64,000 nucleotides of DNA. It comes from Candidatus Bathyarchaeia archaeon. GTDB lineage: Archaea > Thermoproteota > Bathyarchaeia > Bathyarchaeales > Bathycorpusculaceae. The stretch is from assembly GCA_050010755.1 (NCBI GenBank), contig JBEKKK010000001.1, forward strand, positions 864,001 to 928,000. Direction: 5' to 3'. Positions 30,239-40,877 of the stretch are shown one piece after another. Below the pieces are notes generated by a model. It saw nothing but the letters and a program-made list of their open reading frames with translations. It was not told the origin of the DNA and searched no databases. The translations under genes were made by a program, and so were the position numbers. Position 1 is the stretch's first letter. Every line of letters starts with the position of its first letter.

Positions 30239-31576
30239 TCAGCTAAAGCAAATATCGTCGGCGGAGCTTAGAGCATTATCGCCAAGTTCAACTACATTTG
30301 CGATGTCGATGGCGCGCTTGGGCGATCCCTTTTTTCTTCTGCTTCTGACAAGAGCTGCGAACATTAAGATGAGCAAAGCCAAAACTGTTGCGAGAACCAC
30401 TTTCACGGCAAGAGGAACGTACTGTGGCGGGCTTTCGACCGTTACAGTTAACGTTTCAGAACTGCTGAGGTCATTGCTGTCTGTGACCTTAATCGCCATT
30501 TGATAAGTTCCTTCTTTGTTGTAGGAGTGTGACACAACGGCCCCTGTTCCATTGGTGCCGTCACCGAAGCTCCACTCATATGACACTATTGTTCCATAGC
30601 CGAAAGATTTGCTCGCATCGAAAATGGCGTTTTCTCCAGTGTAGATGTTCTGGGGCAGATTCAGGTTGATTTCAGGCGCAAACCCGAAGATGTCAGTGCC
30701 AAACAAGTTAACAGTGTGAAAGCCTTCTGGGATGAGGGCGTAAACAAATGATTGATTGGTTAGGTCAGCTTCAACGATGTCGATTGCTCGGTTGTCTACA
30801 GTAACATTGTATGGATTTTTGAGAAAATTTTGAGGTAGCGTGAAATCTGCAAAGCTTGTCGTTCCAGTAGGCACGGTTAGGTTTAGACTAATCTGCTTCT
30901 GTGAATAGTTGAGCTCGTACCCAGTGATTGAGGCGTTTGTGAACGCTTCCGAGCTAAACGTTAGGTTTCCAAGCGCAAAATCCAACTCTTGAAGAGGAGG
31001 CGTTATCGATGGCAGAACAGTCAGGCCGGGTCTGACTGCGTCGTCGGAATATCCGCTGCTCTCCCACGTTCCTTTGTAATCATAATTCACCACTTCAATC
31101 GCATCCACTTCGGCAACCCATTTGTAACCCCAATTGTTTGGAACGATGAGGCGTGGCAAAGGTTCAATCTCGCTAGCGCTTGTTGTTCCATTGTCTGCCA
31201 CTGCAAGGATGGTTGTAGGCCTCAAGGCGTCTTCGACCAAAAGGTCTGATGAGTACCCATCCGAGCCGTACGTGATGACCTTGTAGGCACTGGCGTTAAT
31301 CTAGGCTAGGGTCAAGAGGTAGAAAAGGGGTATTCCCGTCCAGTTGCCGGTTACGTCTGGAAAACCATCCACACACTTCAATTCTGCCACTTCTGAAACC
31401 ATCGGAAAAGAAAGCAGTTCAGCATAGGTCAAGTTCAGAGGCCTGTTCACATCTCCGTAAATGCTGATAACTCCTGATGTTTGAAGTGCGTCAGCCCCGC
31501 TCTGCACGGGTAGGACGCTGATCAGAGCAACAGCCACTATCACGGCCATGCATATTATTCCAAGCTGCTTTCGCAT
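30239..31576 (-). pseudogene. surface-anchored molybdopterin oxidoreductase (sulfite oxidase/MsrP-like) + PKD domain, interrupted by in-frame TAG at 31301-31303
   Basis: ORFs 31301..31576 and 30239..31240 share one frame; read-through gives LKCVDG...WTGIPL..LLTLA*INASAYKV...DGY...PRLIVP..WGYKW...GTWE..GY, then PKD (YEWSFGDG) and TM. Confidence 0.75.
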
Positions 31577-31588
31577 TTCTTCAGCTCC

Positions 31589-31972
31589 TCATGGCGTTAG
31601 GTACTGCATTAGAACGAGCAAGGTCACCGTGAAGGCTCCCAAGAGAATCAAGAAAGCGTTCAGAAGATTGCCATCTTTTACACCCCAGCGAATCAGGGCT
31701 GATCTGAATGCAATCAGAATGTGAATCATCAGCAACGCCAAAGCCGGAAGAACCACCGCCGTGTGAACCTGCAGCGATGTATAACGATCGGCAAAAATAC
31801 CCCCGGTTAATTCGCTTATCACGACGGGGTTTACGATACCGTAGCCCGAGATGGCCAAAACTATGAACAAGACCAAAGTCGGCACTGCAAGCAAACGGTT
31901 GAAACTTTGCAAGCGATTCTTTTTTTCTTCTTCCAATACCCTTTGCCCTTTAATCACAGTATACAATGCCAC
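31589..31972 (-). CDS. small membrane protein, possible cytochrome b-type partner
   Basis: 3 TM helices, ISGY, two His 14 residues apart (QVHT...MIHI); 12 bp upstream of the oxidoreductase gene. Confidence 0.65.
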   Translation of the reverse strand: MALYTVIKGQRVLEEEKKNRLQSFNRLLAVPTLVLFIVLAISGYGIVNPVVISELTGGIFADRYTSLQVHTAVVLPALALLMIHILIAFRSALIRWGVKDGNLLNAFLILLGAFTVTLLVLMQYLTP

Positions 31973-32261
31973 AGATTAAAATCTTCGTGAGTACACTCAA
32001 AAAACACGTTAGCAACACGAAAACTCAGGAATTGCTCTATTAACTCGTTTTTGTCTGTTTGTCTGCCTACCTGTCTGCTTCTGGGTATATGTCTGCCCTG
32101 TGGGTCTTGCCATGTAGAAAGGGATAGAGCATAAGAGAAGGTAGCAGATAAATGCAAAAATGTGGAGAGATAAAGTTCTGTTCCAAACTGCATTGTAATC
32201 ATTTCAGCGTAGCCAATCCTCAAAATCGAAACGCAGCTTACAGCATATCCATGCTCAATGC

Positions 32262-32387
32262 TCATCCGTATTGCTGCCTTTCAAGTCTGGCAAGCTTTTT
32301 CTTCTTCCGCTTTTCTTTTCTTTCTCTTTTTTTCTCAGGCGTAGGTTTTTTCAGTTCCTCTCTCTTCTTTCTTCGAGGGTAACCCAA
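32262..32387 (-). CDS. candidate 41-aa highly basic protein (M)GYPRRKKREELKKPTPEKKRERKEKRKKKKLARLERQQYG
   Basis: Manual translation; TTG start preceded by AAAGGCGGT; alternative ATG at 32414; 20 of 41 residues are K/R. Confidence 0.45.
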   Translation of the reverse strand: MGYPRRKKREELKKPTPEKKRERKEKRKKKKLARLERQQYG

Positions 32388-32602
32388 GAGACCGCCTTTT
32401 CTACTGAGAAACATGGACTGCCACCTTTTCTCTCTTGCGCTTTCCCCGTTGATGCCTTTTGATTCTAGTAATTGTGCTCAAGATTTCCTGAATAAGCAAC
32501 AAACAGCGAGAACATCCCTGAATGTCAACGAAAAAACTAGGTAATGGCAAGATAGAAATGATTGGAATACACTCAGGGTAAGTGTAAAACCATTACTCTC
32601 TT

Positions 32603-33949
32603 ATGCGCCTGGCACCAGTACTCACATGTTTAGACATGGTCTTAGATAATCAGAACATTTACGTGTTTGTTCCAGGAAAGAATTGGAAGCTGTCCCTAGC
32701 GGAGCTTGTAGCATATTTTAAAGGTAGAAACCGCGGGTTTGAGTTTTCCGAGGTCACACCAGCTTTCTTCACGGTTAAAGTAGAAGGGGCTCTGAGTACC
32801 TCGACTGCCGCTGATATGGGTGGATTCATAAAGATAGGGAAGGTTGTCACGAACCTTGCCACTTGGACGGTAAAAGAAGCTTTTCTTCAAGAGAGCAAGC
32901 AGGCTCAGGCACAAATCAGGATGAGCTTTTCCACAAGCGGCATAGTTGATGAAATGGTTGACGCTACTTCTGGAAAATCTGTTTTTGGCGTGAGCGTATA
33001 CTTTCTGGAGCGGTCTTTTCGTCCAGTTGCACGAGCGATGCAACGGTTTGTCGGAAGCTCTCTGAAGCATGAGTTGGCGGCTCACGGTAGAAGATCGGGG
33101 TTCATCGGCTTTCCCAGGAACAGACCGCAGCCTCAGCTGAGTCACGTTGAAGTGTTGAAGAAAGGCTTGGTTGAGAGGAAGGCGGAAGTGCTGTTTTGTG
33201 TTGGTAAAGAACAGACGTTTGTGTCCACAACTGTCGCAGTGCATGACCCGTTCGAATTTCAGAAACGCGACATAGGCAGACCCTTTCAGCGCAAGATATT
33301 TGGTATGCCGCCGCGATTGGCAAGAATCATGATAAACTTGGCCTTCTGCACGGCTGGAAAATCTCTGCTCGATCCGTTCTGCGGTGTCGGCACAATCCTT
33401 CAGGAAGCGCTTCTGGCCAAGGCAAGAGTAATCGGACTGGACGTGAACCCATGGTGTGTTGAAGCTTCCAAGGAAAATCTTGAGTGGCTCAAGAAACAGT
33501 ACTCGTTGGAAGATGCAGCATACGCGGTTCTGCCGGGAGATTCACGCAGATTGACGGAGAAAATTCGACAGAATGTAGATTGCATAGCAACAGAACCCGA
33601 TCTGGGCCCGCCGCTGAGGCACGTTGCCACCACAACATACGCGACAAAGATAATCAGCAAGCTGACACCGTTATACTATGATTTCTTGGAAAGCGCGCAC
33701 CAGACCCTCACAAAAGATGGGCGGCTGGTGCTGATAACGCCTCACATAAAAACTCGTTCAGGAGAACCGGTCACCATGAACATTGAAGAAAAAGCGGTGA
33801 ATATTGGTTTCAAGAAAGTCGCCCTATTTCCTAAAGACGTTCGTGCCAGAGATAACACTGCATATGAGAATTTGATCGAAACGGCATCCCTCATTGACGA
33901 GGAAGAAAGACACAAGATCGGGCGGGAAATTCACATTTTCCAGAAATAG
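32603..33949 (+). CDS. Trm11/TrmG10-like RNA methyltransferase
   Basis: RD..RP...MPPRLARIMINL, LLDPFCGVGT, IATEP.LG. Confidence 0.85.
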   Translation: MRLAPVLTCLDMVLDNQNIYVFVPGKNWKLSLAELVAYFKGRNRGFEFSEVTPAFFTVKVEGALSTSTAADMGGFIKIGKVVTNLATWTVKEAFLQESKQAQAQIRMSFSTSGIVDEMVDATSGKSVFGVSVYFLERSFRPVARAMQRFVGSSLKHELAAHGRRSGFIGFPRNRPQPQLSHVEVLKKGLVERKAEVLFCVGKEQTFVSTTVAVHDPFEFQKRDIGRPFQRKIFGMPPRLARIMINLAFCTAGKSLLDPFCGVGTILQEALLAKARVIGLDVNPWCVEASKENLEWLKKQYSLEDAAYAVLPGDSRRLTEKIRQNVDCIATEPDLGPPLRHVATTTYATKIISKLTPLYYDFLESAHQTLTKDGRLVLITPHIKTRSGEPVTMNIEEKAVNIGFKKVALFPKDVRARDNTAYENLIETASLIDEEERHKIGREIHIFQK

Positions 33950-34521
33950 AAACACATCAAAAGCGCGCGTCAAATGTTTCAGCAGAACTTCTAGATATTA
34001 GGGCAGCAAGCGTCGCATAGACGCGCGCGTGAATTAAATAATTGGGGAAAGTGTTGAATGAACTTTTTGAAACTGGGACGTGAAGTGGCAAGGAGTGCTT
34101 AACTTGGTCTGGTGGTGTTTACGGCAATCATCTTCTCGGCTCCTGTAGGCGTGTTGATGAGTCTGGAGGGTTTTAGCAGTTCTGAGCGCAGACTTGGACC
34201 GAAGCCGTTACTATGTCTTAACATCGTTAAACGGGTTAATCCTGAAATCATCCTGCAGGTTAGCAACTGTACAGTGAGTTTGTATGTTGTTATGAGTGAC
34301 TTTGGGGTCTGAACAGAGCCTGCTGGGAGCTTCATTCGCAAAACGCAGTCTCCGTTCAGCTTAGTTCTGAAAAACTTTTTCTGGCATCAAAACCCCGCGT
34401 CCAAATTCAACGCTTCTCTTCTCTGATTTTCTCAGTATCCTAAACAACGCGCTCTAATTATTTAACTAGCCTGCGCGACTGGCACTCTTGTCCAGTCAAA
34501 TGGGTGTGCTTGGTTTGGGTT

Positions 34522-35043
34522 CTAGGCGAGTAGACGTTTGTTCTTTAGCCACGTTTTTGCCAGTTCTTCGTAGTTTGGGAAGACGCGCTTAAGAATTGGG
34601 ATGTACATTTGCATTTCTTCTTCTGAAAGGTATTGGAATTGGAATTCTCCCATGTATGGGGAGGGTTCTCCTTCTCTGGTTACAAATTCTACGTGCATGA
34701 ACGGGTCTCCGCGTTTGATTGTGATGGGGCGGCGGTCGTTGCTGAGGTTTACAAGCTCCAGGGCGAGTCTTCCGATGAATCCGCTGTGAACTTTTGCGGC
34801 GTTCAGGAACGAGAGTCCCATTCTGCCGTACTTGCTTTTGGCGGTCAAGTGGGCTACGTTTGTGGGCAGCGTGAAGACGATTTCATGGGTGATGAGGTTC
34901 TTGTGTTCTAGGTAGTTGAGAGTTGTTTCCTCCCTCACCGTCAAGATGTACCCGTCTCCGTCGAGCAGGTTGTAATCGTATGGGTAAACGCACTTGTAAT
35001 TGTCAATAAGTTCTTTCAGCTTGTCTTTGCCTAGGACACTCAT
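34522..35043 (-). CDS. trimeric dUTPase/dCTP deaminase family protein
   Basis: AKSKYGRMGL, VHSGF.G.L.LEL.N, PY.G.FQ.Q. Confidence 0.85.
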   Translation of the reverse strand: MSVLGKDKLKELIDNYKCVYPYDYNLLDGDGYILTVREETTLNYLEHKNLITHEIVFTLPTNVAHLTAKSKYGRMGLSFLNAAKVHSGFIGRLALELVNLSNDRRPITIKRGDPFMHVEFVTREGEPSPYMGEFQFQYLSEEEMQMYIPILKRVFPNYEELAKTWLKNKRLLA

Positions 35044-35262
35044 GTACGGAAAACCTCGCTGTTTTCTAGCAGTACTAAACCTTTGAAGTTATATAGTTTT
35101 TTGCGCGGGGCTGAGAAGATAGTATTTCGCGGAACTGGATATTTTCTGTTAGTGCAAGATTCGATTCGCAGTCGCGCTGTCTCGGATGTTTTGGGGTGAG
35201 CTAGTATTTTATACGTTGAATACCACTTGCTTTTCATTCCTAAAAAGGGACAGAGTGATGAG

Positions 35263-35862
35263 ATGGGCTGCAAGCAATGTGTGAAAGACGCAGTTTATAG
35301 GTGCGGGGTTTGTGGCAAGCTGCTTTGTGCGGAGCATGCGGAGTTGACAACTGTGTGCGCTTCTCACTTGACGAAGTCGGAACTGGAGTTCGCGGTGCAC
35401 AAGATTGTAAGAGGAGAGGAAAGATCTGCTGTTCGAGAATTCGTGAGGAGGTTTTGGGGAGAGGAGGAACAGTTGACTTTTGACGGAAAATTCAGAGTTG
35501 CAGAACTGCCAGGCTTTGTTGCCAAAGCGCAAGAAAGGGTAATCGGGTTTATTTCATTTTCACCGACAAGCGATGCCCTCTTAGTTGTTGCTTTAGGCGT
35601 CCTGCCGAGATACCAATGCTGCGGAATCGGGAGAAGATTGATTAGGAAGGTTGAGGTTGAAGCGAGAAAGCTCGGAAAAATCAAAGTGCTTGTTTCAACT
35701 TCAAACGACGATTTGCCCGCTTTAGGCTTCTACCAGTCGCGTGGCTTCCAGATTTTCGAAGTAAAACCTAACGTCATCGCCGAGAAACATGCAAAGATCC
35801 TACGGGGAATAGGCGGACTGCCAGTGAGGGATGAGTTGAGGCTTCAGAAAATGCTCAATTAG
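35263..35862 (+). CDS. GNAT acetyltransferase with N-terminal B-box/AN1-like zinc finger
   Basis: CKQC...CGVC..LCAEH...C..H; GIGRRL, TSNDD..ALGFYQ.RGF, G.PVRDE. Confidence 0.88.
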   Translation: MGCKQCVKDAVYRCGVCGKLLCAEHAELTTVCASHLTKSELEFAVHKIVRGEERSAVREFVRRFWGEEEQLTFDGKFRVAELPGFVAKAQERVIGFISFSPTSDALLVVALGVLPRYQCCGIGRRLIRKVEVEARKLGKIKVLVSTSNDDLPALGFYQSRGFQIFEVKPNVIAEKHAKILRGIGGLPVRDELRLQKMLN

Positions 35863-35935
35863 ACTGGCACTTCTTTGCAGGTTAAGAATTTTCATATCAA
35901 AAACGGGTGATTTTCTCCTTGACGCTTTTGTGTCT

Positions 35936-36439
35936 CTAGAGAATTCTGGACACCATTTCGCTTACCCTCTTGAGGAAGGCTTCGTCTTGGTTAGTAAACG
36001 GTGAGAGAGCATGAGAGTCTATGTCGAGTTCGCCGATTACTTTCTTGTTTTTGAAGATGGGAACGACGATTTCAGACTTCACGTTTGTGCTGCATGAGAG
36101 ATAGTTCTTCTCTTTTGAAACGTCCTGCACGAGAAACGTTCGTCCAATCTGGGCGGCCTGACCGCATATGCCCCTTCCGAAGGCTATCCTGGTGTGCTCC
36201 GTGCGTTCCCCCTCAAAGGGACCTAGAACGAGCTCATTCCTCCTCTTTTCGTCCACGATGTAGAAACCCACCCAATTGTAATAGGGAACATTGTCTTTGA
36301 GCAGTCTGCAGACTTTTCTTAGTTTTCCATCCCTGTCTTCCTCGCCTTTGAGGGCTTCATCTATTCTTTTCGTGAGAAACTCGAACGATTCCCTACGATC
36401 CGCCAAACTTTGCCACCGGCAACAGTCACGTTTCAACAT
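35936..36439 (-). CDS. msrC: GAF-domain free methionine-R-sulfoxide reductase (MsrC-like)
   Basis: NWVGFY, LGPF.G, GRGICG.AA, DV...YLSC...SEIVVP, LDIDS, F...D. Confidence 0.8.
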   Translation of the reverse strand: MLKRDCCRWQSLADRRESFEFLTKRIDEALKGEEDRDGKLRKVCRLLKDNVPYYNWVGFYIVDEKRRNELVLGPFEGERTEHTRIAFGRGICGQAAQIGRTFLVQDVSKEKNYLSCSTNVKSEIVVPIFKNKKVIGELDIDSHALSPFTNQDEAFLKRVSEMVSRIL

Positions 36440-36500
36440 GTAAACTCGGACGGTAAATATGTTACCATCAACAGCGCATCCGGTTACGAGATAAGAGCAT

Positions 36501-39011
36501 TTGATGCCGCGCTTCTGGGCCTACAAGCGAACGATTTTTTCAGTTTTTCCCGCTTTCCTTAAGAAGTGGAACGCTCTGTCAAGACCAGAAGGTAAGCATG
36601 TTTTGGAACAATCGTCTAGAGACATATCTGGCCTGTCTGCAGCTGAAGCTGAAAAGCGTCTGAAAGAATTTGGGCCGAATGAAATTCCTGAAAAGAAGAC
36701 GAGCCTTCCAGTCAAGTTTTTTGGTTATCTCTGGGGTCCCATTCCGTGGATGATAGAAGTTGCTGTAGTCTTGTCTGCGGTCATCGGACATTGGGATGAC
36801 TTCGCAATCATTCTCGTCTTACTCTTCGTAAACGCAGTCGTGGGATTCTGGCAGGAATACAAGGCGGACAATGCCATTGAATTGCTAAAGCAGAGACTTG
36901 CTTTGAAAGCTAGGGTTCTGCGAGATGGAAGATGGAGTGAAATACCCGCTCGCGAGCTTGTGCCCGAAGATGTTGTCCGAGTACGTTTGGGTGATGTTGC
37001 GCCGGCTGACGTCAAACTAACGGAAGGGGATTATCTTCTCGTAGACCAGTCGGCGCTGACGGGTGAATCCTTGCCCGTTGAAAAACACGTTTCCGACGTT
37101 GCCTACGCTGGATCAGTGATTCGCCAGGGCGAAATGAACGGGCTCGTGGTCGGAACTGGCGTCAACAGTTATTTCGGAAGGACCGCGAAACTCGTTGGAG
37201 AGGCCAAGACCAGAAGCCACTTTCAGAAAGCCGTGATAAGAATCGGCAACTATCTCATAATTCTCGCCACAAGCTTGGTCATCACCATTCTTGTTGCAGC
37301 TCTAATCCGTCACCAGAGCATCCTCAGCACTGGACAGTTTGCGCTCGTCCTGCTCGTGGCAGCCATACCAGTAGCCATGCCGGCCGTTCTGACGGTCACC
37401 ATGGCTGTGGGCGCCTTGGCATTGGCCAAGAAAGAGGCCATAGTCAGCAAGCTCGTCTCAATTGAGGAAATGGCCGGAATGGACATTCTGTGTTCAGACA
37501 AAACTGGCACAATAACAAAGAATGAGTTAATCGTTACAGAACTCGAGACTTTCGCAGATTTCACTCATGAAGACGCGCTTCTTTTTGGATCCTTAGCCTC
37601 CAGACGAGAAGACAATGATCCAATCGACATGGCTATCCTCTCCAAAGCTGGAGCGTCTTCGACAGTTGCTGCAACCATAGGCAGTTACAAGATAGTGGGG
37701 TTCAAGCCTTTCGATCCGACGTCAAAGCGAACGGAAGCTACAGTAGAGGATACGGCTGGTAACCGATTCAAGGTGACAAAAGGAGCGCCGCAAGTCGTTC
37801 TGTCCCTCGTGACAAACAACAAAACGATTGGTTCAAAGGTCAATAGTTTCGTGGAAGCATTCGCAAGAAAAGGATACCGCGCATTGGGAGTTGCAAAGAC
37901 TGACAAGCAAGGAGAATGGCAGTTTGCGGGTCTGTTTGCGATATATGATCCGCCACGTGAGGATTCTGCATCGACCGTGAAGACGGCGCAGAGTATGGGT
38001 GTAAACGTGAAGATGGTGACAGGCGACCACATCGCAATCGCAAGGGAAATCGCCAGCGAGGTCAGATTGGGAACCAACATCGTTTCAGCTGATTCATTCT
38101 TGGAAAAGAATGACAATGAAGCTCAAAGCGTCGTGGAGGAAGCAGACGGCTTTGCACAGGTCTTTCCCGAACACAAGTATCGCATCGTTGAGCTCCTTCA
38201 AGAGCGCGGACACATCATAGGCATGACAGGAGACGGAGTTAACGATGCGCCCGCCCTGAAAAAAGCCGATTCAGGAATTGCCGTCGCTGGGGCCACGGAT
38301 GCGGCAAAATCTGCAGCGTCCATAGTCCTGACAAGACCAGGGCTCTCAGTCATTATTGACGGGATAAAAGAGAGCCGAAAGATATTCCAGCGCATGAGCA
38401 ATTACGCGATTTACCGAATCGCGGAAACAACACGTGTTTTAATATTCTTGACACTGGCGATTCTTGTTTTCAGCTTTCAACCGATAACCGCCTTGATGCT
38501 GGTCATTCTTGCGATGCTGAATGACCTTCCAATAATGATGATCGCGTACGACAACGCAAAAATCTCCAAAGGCCCGGTTCGCTGGGACATGCGCCAGGTT
38601 CTCACGATTGCCACAGTGCTAGGTCTTGCAGGGGTGGTTTCGAGTTTTCTTTTGCTATGGATCGGTTTAGACGTGCTCCACCTCAGTCTACTAACCCTGA
38701 ACACTCTGATCTTTCTGAAATTGGCTGTAGCTGGGCACATGACACTCTACCTCGCCCGCACAGGTGAACAGCATTTCTGGGCTCGTCCTCTTCCGTCGAT
38801 TTGGTTGTTCTTGGCGACTGAACTCACCCAGGCAGGAGGTACGGTTCTGGCTGTGTACGGCATCCTGATGCAACCCCTTGGTTGGGCCCTCGCTGGTTTC
38901 GTCTGGGGGTATGCCATACTGTTCTTTCTGATTAACGATTCTGTGAAAGTGAACGTAGTCAAAATGCTGAATCACAACGACGAAAATCCACGCGTGGGTA
39001 GTCCGCACTAG
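36501..39011 (+). CDS. plasma-membrane proton-efflux P-type ATPase (P3A), copy 1
   Basis: TGES, IPVAMP, CSDKTGT, KGAP, TGD, GDGVND, M6 Asp (LND). Start likely TTG at 36603. Confidence 0.93.
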   Translation: MMPRFWAYKRTIFSVFPAFLKKWNALSRPEGKHVLEQSSRDISGLSAAEAEKRLKEFGPNEIPEKKTSLPVKFFGYLWGPIPWMIEVAVVLSAVIGHWDDFAIILVLLFVNAVVGFWQEYKADNAIELLKQRLALKARVLRDGRWSEIPARELVPEDVVRVRLGDVAPADVKLTEGDYLLVDQSALTGESLPVEKHVSDVAYAGSVIRQGEMNGLVVGTGVNSYFGRTAKLVGEAKTRSHFQKAVIRIGNYLIILATSLVITILVAALIRHQSILSTGQFALVLLVAAIPVAMPAVLTVTMAVGALALAKKEAIVSKLVSIEEMAGMDILCSDKTGTITKNELIVTELETFADFTHEDALLFGSLASRREDNDPIDMAILSKAGASSTVAATIGSYKIVGFKPFDPTSKRTEATVEDTAGNRFKVTKGAPQVVLSLVTNNKTIGSKVNSFVEAFARKGYRALGVAKTDKQGEWQFAGLFAIYDPPREDSASTVKTAQSMGVNVKMVTGDHIAIAREIASEVRLGTNIVSADSFLEKNDNEAQSVVEEADGFAQVFPEHKYRIVELLQERGHIIGMTGDGVNDAPALKKADSGIAVAGATDAAKSAASIVLTRPGLSVIIDGIKESRKIFQRMSNYAIYRIAETTRVLIFLTLAILVFSFQPITALMLVILAMLNDLPIMMIAYDNAKISKGPVRWDMRQVLTIATVLGLAGVVSSFLLLWIGLDVLHLSLLTLNTLIFLKLAVAGHMTLYLARTGEQHFWARPLPSIWLFLATELTQAGGTVLAVYGILMQPLGWALAGFVWGYAILFFLINDSVKVNVVKMLNHNDENPRVGSPH

Positions 39012-39085
39012 CTGATGAGAAAAAGATTAAAGGGGTTGTTGTTAGTCTGGTGTGAGTATTCAGTCTAGTTTGGGGTTCTTCAGAG

Positions 39086-40765
39086 ATGAGCAGAATCGCA
39101 AGCCGCAACAGGTACTACTATTTGCTCATCGCTGGCATCGGAATTGCGGCGTCTGCTTCAACTTCTGGAGTGTACCTTCTTTACACTAGTCTTTGGAATC
39201 CAATTCTTAACCTCCTGAGGAAAACGAGCTGGTACTACTTTCTGTTTGCTATTGTCGCACTCGTAGTGCCGTATGCCATTGTGAAAGTCTTTGCTGATAC
39301 CAAGACAACCGGTAGCGGTACTCATCTAGTTCTGGAGAGGTATCACCTGAGCAACGGAGAGGTAAGTGTCCGAGACACGGTTGTCAAGACGTTTGCTTCA
39401 ATAGTGACTCTGGGTTTTGGAGGCAGTGCTGGCCCGGAAGGCCCAAGTTTGCTCATTGGAGGAGGGATTGCCTCAAACGTTTCAAGGCGTCTCAAAGTTC
39501 GCATATACAACGTTAGGAGAATATTCATCGCGGGAGCAGCCGCGGGCCTGGCCGCGGTGTTCAGAACGCCCTTGACGGGTATTCTCTTTGCGTTGGAGAT
39601 CCCTTATCGAAACGATTTAGACATGGAGACCTTCATCGAGGCAATGGTGGCCTCGATACCTTCGTATCTGATTGCTGTACTCATTCTCGGTAGTGAAAGA
39701 ATATTCGGAAACGCCGTAGAGGCACAACTCACACTGACCGGAATATTCCTCTCTCTCGTACTGGGTTTGATATGCGGCGGGTACGCCATATTTTTCACCA
39801 AGGTCTTCAACGGTGCCGAACGTTTCAGAGGGTCAATCAGGAAGAAAGCGGGAACAGTCGGCGTAGTCGCCTTTGGCGCGGTTCTTTTGGGATTAATGGG
39901 CTATTTCTCAATCTACTCGATTGGAGTCGGAACGCAATTCATGGACGCAATAATCAACGGGACAAGCTTCACGATTGCTCTGATAATAGCGATAATCTTG
40001 CTCAAAACATTTGCCACCGTCCTGACGCTGAATTTCGGAGGAAGCGGAGGCCTATTCTTCCCAACAATCATAATCGGCGCTGGCATCGGCTTTCTCTTTT
40101 CCAGCCTAACCGACGCGAACTTCAAAATTTTGTTTGTAGCGGTCGGCATGGCTGCCCTGCTCGCTGGGACCCACAAGATTCTTTTGACTCCAATCGCCTT
40201 CGTGGTCGAAACGCTAGGCGGAATATACGCGATACCCGCTCTTCTTGCAAGCGGAGTCAGCTATCTAGTCTCGGGGAACGCGTCCTTCTATTCGATCCAA
40301 CCGCGCACCAGGCTAAAAGCAGAAGAGTTAGCTTTGGAAAAATTCTATGCAAGGGCAAAGGCCTCCTATCCTGAAGGGCTCAAGGCAACGTTGGCCGAGA
40401 GTTTCATGACCCAGCAACCAGTTTCAGTATCTGAAACTGCAACGGTCAAGGAGGCCTTGGAAGCATTCGAGAAAACGCGTTTCCGCGTCATGCCAGTGTT
40501 GGATGATACTCAAAGAGTCGTGGGTGCTGTGACCATGGAAGACCTTGGAAATATCGACCCTCGACAAATGAAAGACCACCTCTCGGAGAGACTCATGCAC
40601 AAACCGCTTTTGATAGCCAAGGACACAAGCTTGGAGGCGACAGCAGATATGCTGATAAAACGCGAAGAAGATCACGCGTTCGTCGTCGATGAAAACGATC
40701 ACGTCATAGGGGTGATTGCAGTTATCGACGTGGTTAGAAAGATAATGGAGCTGTCAACCGTCTAA
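39086..40765 (+). CDS. ClC chloride channel/antiporter with C-terminal CBS pair
   Basis: GSGT, GPEGP, GLFFP, C-terminal Y; CBS pair at the end. Confidence 0.92.
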   Translation: MSRIASRNRYYYLLIAGIGIAASASTSGVYLLYTSLWNPILNLLRKTSWYYFLFAIVALVVPYAIVKVFADTKTTGSGTHLVLERYHLSNGEVSVRDTVVKTFASIVTLGFGGSAGPEGPSLLIGGGIASNVSRRLKVRIYNVRRIFIAGAAAGLAAVFRTPLTGILFALEIPYRNDLDMETFIEAMVASIPSYLIAVLILGSERIFGNAVEAQLTLTGIFLSLVLGLICGGYAIFFTKVFNGAERFRGSIRKKAGTVGVVAFGAVLLGLMGYFSIYSIGVGTQFMDAIINGTSFTIALIIAIILLKTFATVLTLNFGGSGGLFFPTIIIGAGIGFLFSSLTDANFKILFVAVGMAALLAGTHKILLTPIAFVVETLGGIYAIPALLASGVSYLVSGNASFYSIQPRTRLKAEELALEKFYARAKASYPEGLKATLAESFMTQQPVSVSETATVKEALEAFEKTRFRVMPVLDDTQRVVGAVTMEDLGNIDPRQMKDHLSERLMHKPLLIAKDTSLEATADMLIKREEDHAFVVDENDHVIGVIAVIDVVRKIMELSTV

Positions 40766-40877
40766 CACACGCTTGCACGGTTAAGGATCTTGCAGACAGG
40801 AAACGCAGGGCCAATCCGCCCTCTTTTTATATTTGCTTAACAGATGATTATTCTTCACGTTTAAGATTGGCAAATAA

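Noticed and set aside
31301-31303. Genome-wide TAG reassignment to pyrrolysine
   Set aside because: TAG terminates many conserved genes in this window at their expected ends (ppsA, dph2, tfs, rSAM).
34099-34341. 80-aa and 66-aa opposing ORFs between the methyltransferase and dCTP deaminase-like genes
   Set aside because: No recognisable motifs and no way to choose a strand; left unannotated.
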